DNA of 64,000 nt, taken from positions 1-64,000 of IMG/VR virus record IMGVR_UViG_3300009182_000043, one strand, 5' to 3'. Of the stretch, positions 29,841 to 39,602 are shown piece by piece. Under the pieces are notes generated by a model. That model saw only the letters and a program-made list of their open reading frames with translations. It did not search any database and had not been told where the DNA came from. Positions within the stretch are counted from its first letter, which is position 1. Every line of letters starts with the position of its first letter. Both the position numbers and the translations under genes were made by a program. The stretch comes from a virus.

Positions 29841-29869
29841 GTTAATATTCTCCTAATAATGTCTTTTGT

Positions 29870-30970
29870 TTAGAGCCCTGCCAAACGTCTAAGGTCGATT
29901 ACGTTATCACGGTCTTCAACTTCAACTTGTTTTGCGGCAGATTTATCACCTGTAACTGCTCTAACACTTTCTGAAAGCATAGGCTTTTTAGGCTCTTTCT
30001 TTTCAGTAATGTTATTAAGCACTGCGGGTAGACACTTATCAAAGGCGGTCTTCAGACGAGGTGTTTGAGTGCCTTCTAGTAAGTTCTTCATCAATGAAGC
30101 TTTTTCTTCGTTTAATGTGGCTAATAACTCGCCCATTATTTTTTCACGTTGATTAGATTCTTTGATAACACGAACTTCACGTTCTTTACTTTCAACCAAT
30201 GCTTTTGCTTTCTTCATTGATTGATAGGATTCAGCTAATTTCTGATCCTTTTCTTGAATTTGCATCATTAGATTACGTGTGTCAGCTTTCTCATTTAAAT
30301 GAGTAGCACTGAACTCGCTTGCATATGATTCAAATATACGGCGACCAAAATCATTCTCACGTGCGATTTTGATATCTTCTTTCAATTGGCCAATTTCACC
30401 TTTAAGATGTGTGCTAACAACTGTATTCATTCTTTTAGCTGATTCTGATACAAATTTTGCTTTAAGAGATTCTAGTTGTTTGCGACCTTCAGCAACTAAC
30501 TTAACCTTAGCTTCAACAACTGCTTGCTTGTCTTGTGCGAATTCTTTAATTTCGCGGGCAAGAGCATGAACGATAAATTGTTCTAATTTTTGTTGACTTT
30601 CTTTTTGAATCTGACGGTCAGAACGCAATTCTTTAATTTCTTCGGCTAATTTCTCAACCATAAAATTATTGAATTTTCCTGCGCTTTCACGTAGCTTCAT
30701 TTGTGCTTTAACACGGTCTTCATTCATTGCTTGTCTTTCATGTTGAAATTCTTGAATTTCTTCTGAAAGACCATTGGTAACCATCTTGTCAAGGGCTTCG
30801 ACCATTACATCTTTGTCGTGTTCATAACGTTGTGCGAATTCTTCACGTAATTCAGCACGTACTTGTTCCTTAGCTTCATTCAATTTAGTTTCCCAAGCTT
30901 CGTTTATAGCGATGCTTGTTTCTTCATTGATGATTCCAGATTCAAGTAATGGTTTGATAGCGTCTAGCAT
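29870..30970 (-). CDS. gp22: Prohead scaffolding/core protein
   Basis: Coiled-coil, Glu/Lys-rich; lies between protease and capsid genes as in T4-like phages. Confidence 0.85.
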   Translation of the reverse strand: MLDAIKPLLESGIINEETSIAINEAWETKLNEAKEQVRAELREEFAQRYEHDKDVMVEALDKMVTNGLSEEIQEFQHERQAMNEDRVKAQMKLRESAGKFNNFMVEKLAEEIKELRSDRQIQKESQQKLEQFIVHALAREIKEFAQDKQAVVEAKVKLVAEGRKQLESLKAKFVSESAKRMNTVVSTHLKGEIGQLKEDIKIARENDFGRRIFESYASEFSATHLNEKADTRNLMMQIQEKDQKLAESYQSMKKAKALVESKEREVRVIKESNQREKIMGELLATLNEEKASLMKNLLEGTQTPRLKTAFDKCLPAVLNNITEKKEPKKPMLSESVRAVTGDKSAAKQVEVEDRDNVIDLRRLAGL

Positions 30971-30982
30971 ATCTTTTTCCCT

Positions 30983-31618
30983 TTATTTAATTTTGAGGTC
31001 TCTAATGAGGCGAGTTACTTCCTCTTTTAGATATCTCTGAACCTTACTATTACTCTGTGCGTCTTTTGCTACATCTAACATTCTATGACCATTTCTCATA
31101 TTCATAAGACCTTCATAGATTGCTTTAGGATAAGCATTAGGTGCGCTCGGTTGAGCAACAATATCCACAGTGACTATTTCAAAGTCACTAACACGGCCAC
31201 TACCATCGTCTACGTTACCGCTTCCTCTGCTAGATACGCCTAGTTTGACACCACTCTCCAACATGGTAGACACTAATTGTCCCATTGGAGTTGGTAAAAT
31301 TTTTAATTTGCCGAAACCATTTGGTCCGTCCATCCACATATTAGTAATCATATGTGACACGCGGTCTAAATTAATTTTCAAATCATCTGGGTGATCCACT
31401 TCACCTAGAACTGAATGACCTTCTTTGATTTGTTCATTTAGAGTATCTACAGCAGATTCAATCTCAGAAACAGGATACACACGCTCATTAGCGTTGCGTA
31501 CCCCACCCTGGATAAAGATGCCTTTCATGTAAAGGCTCTTTAAACTACCTTCACCCGTACTTTCAACCACCATACTAGCACGGTCGAAAGTGAGGTTTTC
31601 TCTAAGATACAAAGCCAT
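30983..31618 (-). CDS. gp21: Prohead protease
   Basis: GIFIQGGVRNANERVYP, LGEVDHP, GVSSRGSG, DIVAQPSAPNAY motifs. Confidence 0.95.
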   Translation of the reverse strand: MALYLRENLTFDRASMVVESTGEGSLKSLYMKGIFIQGGVRNANERVYPVSEIESAVDTLNEQIKEGHSVLGEVDHPDDLKINLDRVSHMITNMWMDGPNGFGKLKILPTPMGQLVSTMLESGVKLGVSSRGSGNVDDGSGRVSDFEIVTVDIVAQPSAPNAYPKAIYEGLMNMRNGHRMLDVAKDAQSNSKVQRYLKEEVTRLIRDLKIK

Positions 31619-31630
31619 TGCTCTCAGTCC

Positions 31631-32527
31631 TTATCTTCTTTTGATAACTTGTTTTGTAGACTTTTTAGATTCGCCTACAATAGATTTATTGTTCTGACCT
31701 TCTTTGCCCTTGCCATTTGCTGGCTTAGCTACAGATTCGCCTTTTTCGCTGAAGTTCTTGCCACCTGGAGCATTTTTATATGTACCAGGAATAGTTTTAG
31801 ATGTTGGCTTTAGTAAACCACCGTGTGTACCACCTTTACCGGCTTCTTGGCTACCCATTGAAATTGGCTTAGCACCAGTTTGAATAATCTTTGGTTTTGT
31901 CAATGCGATACTTCTTACGTTGTCACCGTCATCACCGCCGATGTTACTGCCATATAAGCCAGGAACTTTCTTCAACTGAACAGATTCTTCTAAAGGATCT
32001 TCACCTTCGTCATCAGATTCTTCAGCTTCCATCATTTCATCATCGCCGGAATCTTCTTCACCTTCTTCATCGCCCATATCTTCTTCGCCTTCTTCGTGAC
32101 CCATTAGTTCTTCGAATTCAGCCATTAATTCGTCTAGTTTATCTTCTAAATCAACTACACGGTCTTCTAAATCTTCTTCGCCGCCCATTTCCATGTCATC
32201 ATCGCCGCCGAATTCTTCGTGATCCATATCATCTTCTTCGTCATCCATGTCAATGTCAGCAAACTCATCATCTTCTTCGGACATAGCTTGACCGGTCATA
32301 TCACCTTCAACTTCGTCCATCATGTCGCCAACTTGGTCAGATTCTTCCATATCGTCATTTGTTTCCTGAACGCTTACGGTATAACCTTCTTCTAATTCTT
32401 CATCCATCATTGATTCATAGATTTCGCGGCTTTTTTCAACTACGATATCATGAAACAATGCTTTAGCTTGTTCTTCATTCTCATTGATAATTAAATCAAT
32501 AAGTTGTTCAAATTTTCTATTATCCAT
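31631..32527 (-). CDS. Highly acidic prohead core-like protein, 298 aa
   Basis: Asp/Glu-rich centre and basic C-terminus; occupies the T4 gp67/68 position; RBS AGGAG. Confidence 0.7.
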   Translation of the reverse strand: MDNRKFEQLIDLIINENEEQAKALFHDIVVEKSREIYESMMDEELEEGYTVSVQETNDDMEESDQVGDMMDEVEGDMTGQAMSEEDDEFADIDMDDEEDDMDHEEFGGDDDMEMGGEEDLEDRVVDLEDKLDELMAEFEELMGHEEGEEDMGDEEGEEDSGDDEMMEAEESDDEGEDPLEESVQLKKVPGLYGSNIGGDDGDNVRSIALTKPKIIQTGAKPISMGSQEAGKGGTHGGLLKPTSKTIPGTYKNAPGGKNFSEKGESVAKPANGKGKEGQNNKSIVGESKKSTKQVIKRR

Positions 32528-32561
32528 TGTTTGTTCTCCTATAAGAATGGCTTTGTAAGAT

Positions 32562-32568
32562 TATTTAG
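32562..32568 (-). promoter_or_regulatory. Late promoter CTAAATA for head genes
   Basis: Upstream of RBS/ATG 32527; overlaps an 8-bp inverted repeat (32564-32583). Confidence 0.6.
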
Positions 32569-32648
32569 TACGTGGGTACTAAAACGACTGATTAACTGCT
32601 ATTTTTTTACGTTTTTATCTAAGATAATAGATTTTTATGACAAATCTA

Positions 32649-32876
32649 TTACATTGCTGGCGCCGCAGGCTCTGCTACGGGCTTATATTGTTTGCGTACT
32701 TTTTTAAGATTTTGCGTTCTTTCATAGTCACGTACTTCACGCATTTTACGTAACTTTCTTATTTGACGTAATGTAAGTTTAGTCTTACGGCTTTCTTTCC
32801 ATTTAGGTTTGCTGTTATCATCTTTTTCGTCTTGATAACCCTGTATAGCTGGATCGAACATTTCAAATAATTTCAT
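32649..32876 (-). CDS. Small basic head-module protein, 75 aa (start corrected to 32876)
   Basis: MKLFEMF...SRKTKLTLRQIRKLRKM; the longer ORF-track start overlaps the portal gene; late promoter directly upstream. Confidence 0.8.
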   Translation of the reverse strand: MKLFEMFDPAIQGYQDEKDDNSKPKWKESRKTKLTLRQIRKLRKMREVRDYERTQNLKKVRKQYKPVAEPAAPAM

Positions 32877-32881
32877 ACAAT

Positions 32882-32889
32882 TATTTATC
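32882..32889 (-). promoter_or_regulatory. Late promoter GATAAATA, 5 nt from ATG
   Basis: Minus strand GATAAATA-ATTGT-ATG. Confidence 0.65.
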
Positions 32890-34668
32890 TTACATTGACG
32901 GTGCGCCTGCCGGGGCGCCAGCGGCTCCTGCAGGCATTGCATTAGGGCCTGCAACACCCGGAGCCACATCTGGTGGCATTCCCTCTGGGTTTTCTTCGGA
33001 AGTAGAAGCTTCTTCTTCATCAGTATCCAAATCGCTTGCACTTATACCAATACTACGTAAGTCACTGCCCTTAACTTCGGTTTCTGCTGGCTCCTCACGC
33101 TCCTCTTCCCACATTTCTTCGTTTTCTTTGATTTCTTCTTCGCTCATACCCAGGAAACGCTTCATAGCAAAACGCTTACTGATATACGGGAACGCTTCCA
33201 TAGCTTGGAACGTAGCGACACGGTCTTTATCTAATTCGCTTTGACGATAAGCCGCAAAGTTTTGTGGTTCATTAAATTTAATATCAAATAAGCTTGATTC
33301 AATGTTGAATCCTCTCCAACGTAGGAACAACTTAAATTCTTCGTCTAGCTTTTTGCTGATATAATTCTGTAAACGTTTGCAATATTCGTTAAATCTAAAT
33401 TCTTGAATCATTGCTGTGCCAACACGTCCGTCATTCAATACGTTTTGACTATCATCAGGACCTGTTGGTAAATAACTACTTGGAACACGTAATCCACGTG
33501 CTAATCTATTATTAAAGTACTTTAAGTCATCGATTTCACCAAGATTTTGTCCACCTTGTAGCATAGTGACATCGCTACCACGCCCGTCTGCTGTTACTGG
33601 AAAGAAGTAATCTTCGTTGATGCTTAATGGATTATAACTAGCATCCATAATGCTAGTACCACCTTGTACTGAAGGTATACGTCTTTGATGAATTTCATTC
33701 TTAATACGGTCAACGAAAGCCATAGCCATATGACTTGGCATGTTACCAACGTCAATCTTAAACACTCTGCGCTCTGGTGCACGACTTATGCGATAGATAA
33801 GAATAGCATCTTCAAGCAATTCTTTTTGCTTGTAGACTTTAAAAATGTTTTCAAGTATTGACTGACCAAACGGCCAAAAGCGGTCTAGACCTTCAGTTAA
33901 ACTTAAATGCACAATATGTTCAGCATCAATGGCTGCTTCGTTCAAACCCAATGCAAAACGACTACCTGCAGTACCTGTTGGCATACTTGGAACCGTATAA
34001 CCCTGAGCACTACCACCGCCACCTGTACCACCAAAGCCTGTACTTGGATTGGCTGCAAAATCGGTTGAAACTTTCTGTGCTACAGTTAAATTTTGTAGGT
34101 TTAAATTGATATCTTTAAGAACATATTGTTCCGGAAGTTTGCCTTCACTTTCGTTAACAATGACTTTTGTTACTTTGGTCATGTCAACCCAATATAGTTT
34201 GAAGTTTTCAGGGTCACGTAGGAAAACCTGATCCCCGTATTTGATAGCATTTCTAAAGACTTTAAACACTCTAGTGTCAAACTCGTTTAGTTTACACCAT
34301 TGTTGTAGTTGTTTTGTGATGATTTCAACTTCATGGGGAGTTGGATCTTCTTTGTATTCTACATTAAATGGAGTATTATTATGTTCGTTGCGCTGTGTAC
34401 TGAATTCAGCAATAATATCTAAACATGCATTAACTTCTGCGTCCACATCCATCATTTCATATTGATTATAACGCTCAATACGATTTGGGTGACCAGTATA
34501 AACTTCTGGTAAGCGACTTTGATAATTTTTATACCCAAAGTCATTATTATTGTAGCCACCATCGGATGTGCTACCACCATTCCAACTACCCTTATTGCTG
34601 TTGCTTCCAGAAATAGGGCTAAGAATGCCGTTTGGATTTGGATCGGAAAAACGCTTTTTATATGCCAT
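32890..34668 (-). CDS. gp20: Portal vertex protein
   Basis: LEDAILIYRISRAPERRVFKIDVGNMP; EDYFFP; LQGGQNLGEIDD; GLRVPSSYL. Confidence 0.96.
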   Translation of the reverse strand: MAYKKRFSDPNPNGILSPISGSNSNKGSWNGGSTSDGGYNNNDFGYKNYQSRLPEVYTGHPNRIERYNQYEMMDVDAEVNACLDIIAEFSTQRNEHNNTPFNVEYKEDPTPHEVEIITKQLQQWCKLNEFDTRVFKVFRNAIKYGDQVFLRDPENFKLYWVDMTKVTKVIVNESEGKLPEQYVLKDINLNLQNLTVAQKVSTDFAANPSTGFGGTGGGGSAQGYTVPSMPTGTAGSRFALGLNEAAIDAEHIVHLSLTEGLDRFWPFGQSILENIFKVYKQKELLEDAILIYRISRAPERRVFKIDVGNMPSHMAMAFVDRIKNEIHQRRIPSVQGGTSIMDASYNPLSINEDYFFPVTADGRGSDVTMLQGGQNLGEIDDLKYFNNRLARGLRVPSSYLPTGPDDSQNVLNDGRVGTAMIQEFRFNEYCKRLQNYISKKLDEEFKLFLRWRGFNIESSLFDIKFNEPQNFAAYRQSELDKDRVATFQAMEAFPYISKRFAMKRFLGMSEEEIKENEEMWEEEREEPAETEVKGSDLRSIGISASDLDTDEEEASTSEENPEGMPPDVAPGVAGPNAMPAGAAGAPAGAPSM

Positions 34669-34672
34669 GAAG

Positions 34673-34679
34673 TATTTAG
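34673..34679 (-). promoter_or_regulatory. Late promoter CTAAATA, 4 nt from portal ATG
   Basis: Minus strand GCTAAATA-CTTC-ATG. Confidence 0.6.
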
Positions 34680-34682
34680 CTT

Positions 34683-37199
34683 TTAAGCCGCCATGTATGT
34701 TTTTATATCGTTATGAATAATATTGCTTCGTTCAACATTTAATATCAACTCATCAAATTGATTGTTTATAAACGATAATAAACTTAAATCAATACCATCA
34801 TCTTGTTGTTGTATTGGAGTTGTCATAGGTGCAGGTGGTGGTGTTTCGCTACCCTGCATCATAGAGTCTATATCTATGGGAATTCCCCCGTCACGCAATG
34901 CTATTAATGCTTCACGTCCATGCATCTCAATCATATTTGACCCGTTAACTAATCCACCTTGTTTAAGTTGTTGTAGATGCTCTGGGTCATGTATAGGTCT
35001 TTTTAGTCCAAATTTCTTTAAAAATCCATTTTTATCTAAGTATTCTGCTTGAGTTTTATTAACATCAACTGCTCGACCGGTATTATGCGGGCCTAATCCC
35101 TTTTTAGGATCCATAGGAGTTGTAATTTTACCAAATTTACTATCGTATACAGTAGGATTATTTGGTCCACCGTTGTTTCTTACCCAAGCATCGTATAATT
35201 CTTGTTGTTCTTCAACTGTACGAAAAGACGAATTTAATTCTAATTTTTCTTTTGTAGCGTTGTAATACTCTTGTGCCATTAAAGTTATGCGTTGTGACAA
35301 TTCTTTATTTTTACTTGCTAACATGTTAAAATGGTCAAGATCACCGGATCTGCTAGTAAATTTAATGTATTTTGATGCTTCGCTGATATCTACAGTAGAG
35401 GTACGATTTCTAATTTCAAGATTAAGCTGTTGCTGTTCTGCCTTTTTTTCTCTATATTCTTGACCCTCTAATCCAGTACCTTGTTTTCTTACCCTAGCTT
35501 CTTTATTCATTAATTGCTGTCTTTTTTCAACAAGATCCGAATAAGAATCTTTACCTAATAATGTTTGTTTTACATTTTTTTCTTCTTGTAATCTGGTTTT
35601 GGCAGCCTTTATTGTTGCTTGTACTACAGGATCATTTGGTGTAGTTTTGTTTACCTTTTCAAGTATTTCAATGTCTTTTTCTTGTTTTGTAATTCTTTCT
35701 TGAATTCTTTCTACTGTTCTAATTTTTAATCCTACTTGTTTTAATTCAAGAGAAATATCATCGTGTTTTTTCTTTAACTGATTTTTGTCACCCAACATTA
35801 TTTGAACTTCTTCAAATGCATTTTTAAGTTCACCGCCGGATATCCAAGCACCAGATGCTGCCGCATAGTAAGCAACAGACCTCACTACACCTATTAAGAA
35901 TTTAAATACGGTTGATGCTATTCCAGCAAAACTTTCTACAAGTTTATTTTTCAATTGCCCAGCAGTTCTTTCAGTATCTAGTCTAGTATCTTCTGTTTTC
36001 TTAAGGTCATCATCTTTTGCAGCCATATTTTTAATTAATTCTTCGACTTCCTTTTCACTCTTTGCAGATAGTATTTGATCCGTTCTTTCTAATACTTTGC
36101 CACTAATACCAGTTTGTTTTGCATATTCATCACTAATTATCAAATTCTTTTTTTGATTTTGCATAAACTCTTGATAATATTTTAAAATCATTTTCGTACC
36201 TTCAGCTCCAGAAATTCTGCCGGTTTTTACACCTTCTGCAATTTCACGTGCTTTACCACGGGTAACGTACATCATTGCATTACCTTCATCAGTAGTAGCC
36301 TGACCATTTGCTAAGAAGTCACTAAATCCTTTTGCAATGTCAGCACTAACAGTACCCAACGTTACCATTGCTTTATCCATTTCTTTAGCTTCTTTTTCAT
36401 TACCGTTTCTTATCATCAATGTTTTTTGCATTTGATAAGTTGCATCAAGTCTTAAATCTGCTAGTCTTTTGGCAGTTTGGTCTCTTGTTTCCCCAGTCAT
36501 AGATGTTAATACTGTCAATGATTTTGCATATTCTAATGTAGCTTTTTTAATTTTTATATCATCGTTTTCCATTGGTGCAGTATAACCAGTCAAATACTTT
36601 ATTGCTTCACTTTGTATTTCTAGCATTCTATCTGGATTAACACCTAAACGTAAAAATTCAAGTTGAGTATCATGTGTTGAAAAGATTTTACCTAAACGTT
36701 TTGCCGCAGTTGATGTATCAGGACCTAAATTTCTTAATGCCGGTCCAATATTAACAATAGAATCACCTAATTTACCGATATTTTCAATGTATCTACCGGC
36801 TTCTGTTCCTATGTTTTCAAAATCAACAGTGGTTAATTTAGCAGTTGCCCCGATAGATTCTAATCCATCATATGCATTATTAAGAGCATCAACTTGTTTT
36901 AAATAAGCATTGGTTGCACTTTCTACACCCTTAATAAAAAGAGTAATTGCCATTCCTGTTTTTGAACTAGTACCAGAAACATGTGTAAGTGCATTTGATG
37001 TTGATGTAATTAACCCTGCCCATTTACTAGTATCAGTACTAGTATCTCTTATAGCCGAAAAGGCAGACTTTGATATATTTGCTATATCTTTGAATGCTGT
37101 TACTAATTTTTTTAGTGAGCTAGCGGATGTTTTGGTACTACTAGTTATATCACCGGCAGCAGTACCTAATTGACTAATTTCTCTATCAATATTAGACAT
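34683..37199 (-). CDS. Tape-measure-like protein with peptidase M15-type (Zn peptidoglycan peptidase) domain, 838 aa
   Basis: Long helical body; SSFRTVEEQQELY...HNTGRAVD...DPEH motif; C-terminal HG.EA.I.L.DG.IP motif. Confidence 0.7.
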   Translation of the reverse strand: MSNIDREISQLGTAAGDITSSTKTSASSLKKLVTAFKDIANISKSAFSAIRDTSTDTSKWAGLITSTSNALTHVSGTSSKTGMAITLFIKGVESATNAYLKQVDALNNAYDGLESIGATAKLTTVDFENIGTEAGRYIENIGKLGDSIVNIGPALRNLGPDTSTAAKRLGKIFSTHDTQLEFLRLGVNPDRMLEIQSEAIKYLTGYTAPMENDDIKIKKATLEYAKSLTVLTSMTGETRDQTAKRLADLRLDATYQMQKTLMIRNGNEKEAKEMDKAMVTLGTVSADIAKGFSDFLANGQATTDEGNAMMYVTRGKAREIAEGVKTGRISGAEGTKMILKYYQEFMQNQKKNLIISDEYAKQTGISGKVLERTDQILSAKSEKEVEELIKNMAAKDDDLKKTEDTRLDTERTAGQLKNKLVESFAGIASTVFKFLIGVVRSVAYYAAASGAWISGGELKNAFEEVQIMLGDKNQLKKKHDDISLELKQVGLKIRTVERIQERITKQEKDIEILEKVNKTTPNDPVVQATIKAAKTRLQEEKNVKQTLLGKDSYSDLVEKRQQLMNKEARVRKQGTGLEGQEYREKKAEQQQLNLEIRNRTSTVDISEASKYIKFTSRSGDLDHFNMLASKNKELSQRITLMAQEYYNATKEKLELNSSFRTVEEQQELYDAWVRNNGGPNNPTVYDSKFGKITTPMDPKKGLGPHNTGRAVDVNKTQAEYLDKNGFLKKFGLKRPIHDPEHLQQLKQGGLVNGSNMIEMHGREALIALRDGGIPIDIDSMMQGSETPPPAPMTTPIQQQDDGIDLSLLSFINNQFDELILNVERSNIIHNDIKTYMAA

Positions 37200-37201
37200 T
37201 G

Positions 37202-39535
37202 TTATCCCTTAACACTTTGTAACATATCTTTTTGCAATCCATTGTTTTCTTTCATCACACTTAATAAAATATTAAGTTTATTTGAAATTGATTCAAGTGC
37301 AATACCAGCCATCTTACTGTTAGATGTACCTGGTGCTGAAGTGCTAGTAGGATCAACGTTTGTTTTTTTCAAGTTCTGTATATATGAATCCATTAATGAA
37401 TTAACACCTGATGAATTAGATAATAAACTATTTCTGTTATTAGACATGAAAGAAACTGGAATAGAATCGCCATTTGGTAACGGAACCACTGCATAATCTT
37501 TATTACCAGGCATAACAGTTTTATATCCAGAATCTGGTCCTTGTAAAACCCCACCGGAAGAAAACGTTTTATTAATTTTACCACCTTGACGCATTTTCAT
37601 AACAGGTTTAGTATCTGCTGTTGGAAGTTGCGGATTAGGAACACTACTATCTGAAGGAGTTGCATCTACTTGAGGTGTATTTGCATTTGTTTGTGCAGAT
37701 TTATTGTCACTGACAGTTGCTGTAGTAGTTGTAGCTTTAGTTTTAGAATTTTCTTCTTTTTGTTCTTGTTGTTTTTTAAGACTTTCGTCAACTTTTTTAT
37801 AATTTTCACCATCACGTATTCTTCTAGCTTTATCAATTGCCATTAACTGTTTGTTAACTTCATTTAATTCTTTTTCTGCATATCCTTCCATAGAACCAGT
37901 ATCACCTGATGTTGGGTCTTTAATTGCATTTGCATCTTCTTCTCTAGCTTTAGCAACTGCTTGTTGTTTTTTTTCTAGCTCTGTGGTTAATTCTTTTTGT
38001 TGTTTAATTAAATCTTCGGTTGAATCAAACAAATAAGGTAATTCAGGTGGCATGTCTACCCAATCACCAAATTTCTTCATAAACCCTTTCATCAATACTT
38101 GCAAACCTTTCATTAAAGCTTGGAATCCAGTTGTCACTGGTCCTTGTATCAATTCAATGAAAGAATCAAATGCTGTTGAAAGTGCGGCGCTTGCATTATT
38201 GCTTGTATTTTGAATGTCTTTATTGGAATCAACACGATTTTTTGCTTCCTCAAGTTCTTTTTGTTTAGCTTCAAGCGATCCTTCAGCTACATTTTTATTA
38301 AGATTAGCCACTCGTTCTGCTGACATGTTCATTCTTGCCGCTAATTCAGGATTAGCTTTAAGAGAAGTAGCCATTTGCATTAATGTTTTATTACCACTTT
38401 CATTTAATTTGTTTATTAAACCTTCACCAGTTAATTTACCACTCTTAAAATCTTGCATCCAATTAGTAAATTGACCTTGAGTTTCACCCAACATTGATAC
38501 GACTGACTGAGACATTTTTTGAGGACTTGACAATGCGTCCATAAATGCTTGAGCCGCAGTACCACTGACATTACTACGCATCATCTGCGCCATTGATAGG
38601 TACATATCTGCTTGTTTTTTACCTGCTTCAGTTGTACTCAATTCACGTAATGTTATATTAAACGCAAAATTTTCTAAATCTTTTTTTCTATTTTGTGAAA
38701 TAGTTTCTGTTGTCTCACCCGTCAATGCGGCAAGTGATGCCAACGTAGTAACATACTTCAATGATTCGTCACTTAATTGCTTAGGTTCTTTAGCTCGGGA
38801 TTGATTTAACATCCCTTGTTGTTTTACATAATCAGCTTGATACTTTGTTAATTTTTCTTGACTTATACCAATCGTATTAAATTGATTACGTATAAGATTT
38901 TGTTCTTCTTTGGATTTAGTTGCAAAACTTGCTATTTCGGCAAATTTTTTCATACCCTCGCCAGACGTATTACCCAATGACATTAAACTTGGTCCAAGGT
39001 CACTAATAATCTTTACAAGTTTTAATGATTCTCCGTTAACTGGTAAATAATTAGCATCCTTTGCTAAATCACCAAGTGTCTTAGTAGTAAATTGTGCGGC
39101 TCCACCTAGTTCTGCTAGTTGGTCAAATCCTTTATTAAGATTGTCTACTCTACCAAATACACTGTCAACAGTACTAGTAAAGAGTTTTGTAAATGCTCCT
39201 AATACTGCGCCCACTGGGCCCAATGACATCAACAATGTACCTAAACCATTTCCAGCAGTGTTAAGCGCATTGCCGTATTTGGATAATCCATCTTGTCCAG
39301 ATGTTAATGCTCTTGAAAATTGAATAGCCCCGGAACCTAATTCATTTAGACCCCTAGCAGCCATGTCTAATGTTTGACCTGCTTCTCTAGTACTAAGTGA
39401 TAAATCTGAAGTAGCTGAACCTAAACGACCTGCTTCACGTGACCAAGCATCATTTAACGAACCGGCAACGGATGCCATTCGTGCATTTTGCTCGTCAATA
39501 AGCCTTTGTGTTTCTTGGGCAGAATTATTATCCAT
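37202..39535 (-). CDS. Tape-measure-like protein, 777 aa (paralog of downstream gene)
   Basis: Helical and Ala/Gly/Ser/Lys-rich; shares L..(L/M)TGET and C-terminal GG..G...AVVPL..G..IPV motifs with the 838-aa gene. Confidence 0.65.
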   Translation of the reverse strand: MDNNSAQETQRLIDEQNARMASVAGSLNDAWSREAGRLGSATSDLSLSTREAGQTLDMAARGLNELGSGAIQFSRALTSGQDGLSKYGNALNTAGNGLGTLLMSLGPVGAVLGAFTKLFTSTVDSVFGRVDNLNKGFDQLAELGGAAQFTTKTLGDLAKDANYLPVNGESLKLVKIISDLGPSLMSLGNTSGEGMKKFAEIASFATKSKEEQNLIRNQFNTIGISQEKLTKYQADYVKQQGMLNQSRAKEPKQLSDESLKYVTTLASLAALTGETTETISQNRKKDLENFAFNITLRELSTTEAGKKQADMYLSMAQMMRSNVSGTAAQAFMDALSSPQKMSQSVVSMLGETQGQFTNWMQDFKSGKLTGEGLINKLNESGNKTLMQMATSLKANPELAARMNMSAERVANLNKNVAEGSLEAKQKELEEAKNRVDSNKDIQNTSNNASAALSTAFDSFIELIQGPVTTGFQALMKGLQVLMKGFMKKFGDWVDMPPELPYLFDSTEDLIKQQKELTTELEKKQQAVAKAREEDANAIKDPTSGDTGSMEGYAEKELNEVNKQLMAIDKARRIRDGENYKKVDESLKKQQEQKEENSKTKATTTTATVSDNKSAQTNANTPQVDATPSDSSVPNPQLPTADTKPVMKMRQGGKINKTFSSGGVLQGPDSGYKTVMPGNKDYAVVPLPNGDSIPVSFMSNNRNSLLSNSSGVNSLMDSYIQNLKKTNVDPTSTSAPGTSNSKMAGIALESISNKLNILLSVMKENNGLQKDMLQSVKG

Positions 39536-39548
39536 GTATTTTTAGCCA

Positions 39549-39572
39549 ATAAATATGTATAAGTGTATTTAG
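39549..39572. promoter_or_regulatory. Pair of oppositely oriented late promoters
   Basis: ATAAATA on + (39549-39555) and CTAAATA on - (39566-39572), between divergent genes. Confidence 0.55.
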
Positions 39573-39602
39573 TGTATAAAAACTACCATTTTAGGAGAAA
39601 TA

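Noticed and set aside
32877-33041. ORF-track N-terminal extension of the 130-aa ORF
   Set aside because: Overlaps the portal C-terminus; the promoter position supports ATG 32876.
37197-37204. Readthrough fusion of the two tape-measure-like genes
   Set aside because: Different frames (TAA-CA-ATG) and no slippery sequence at the junction.
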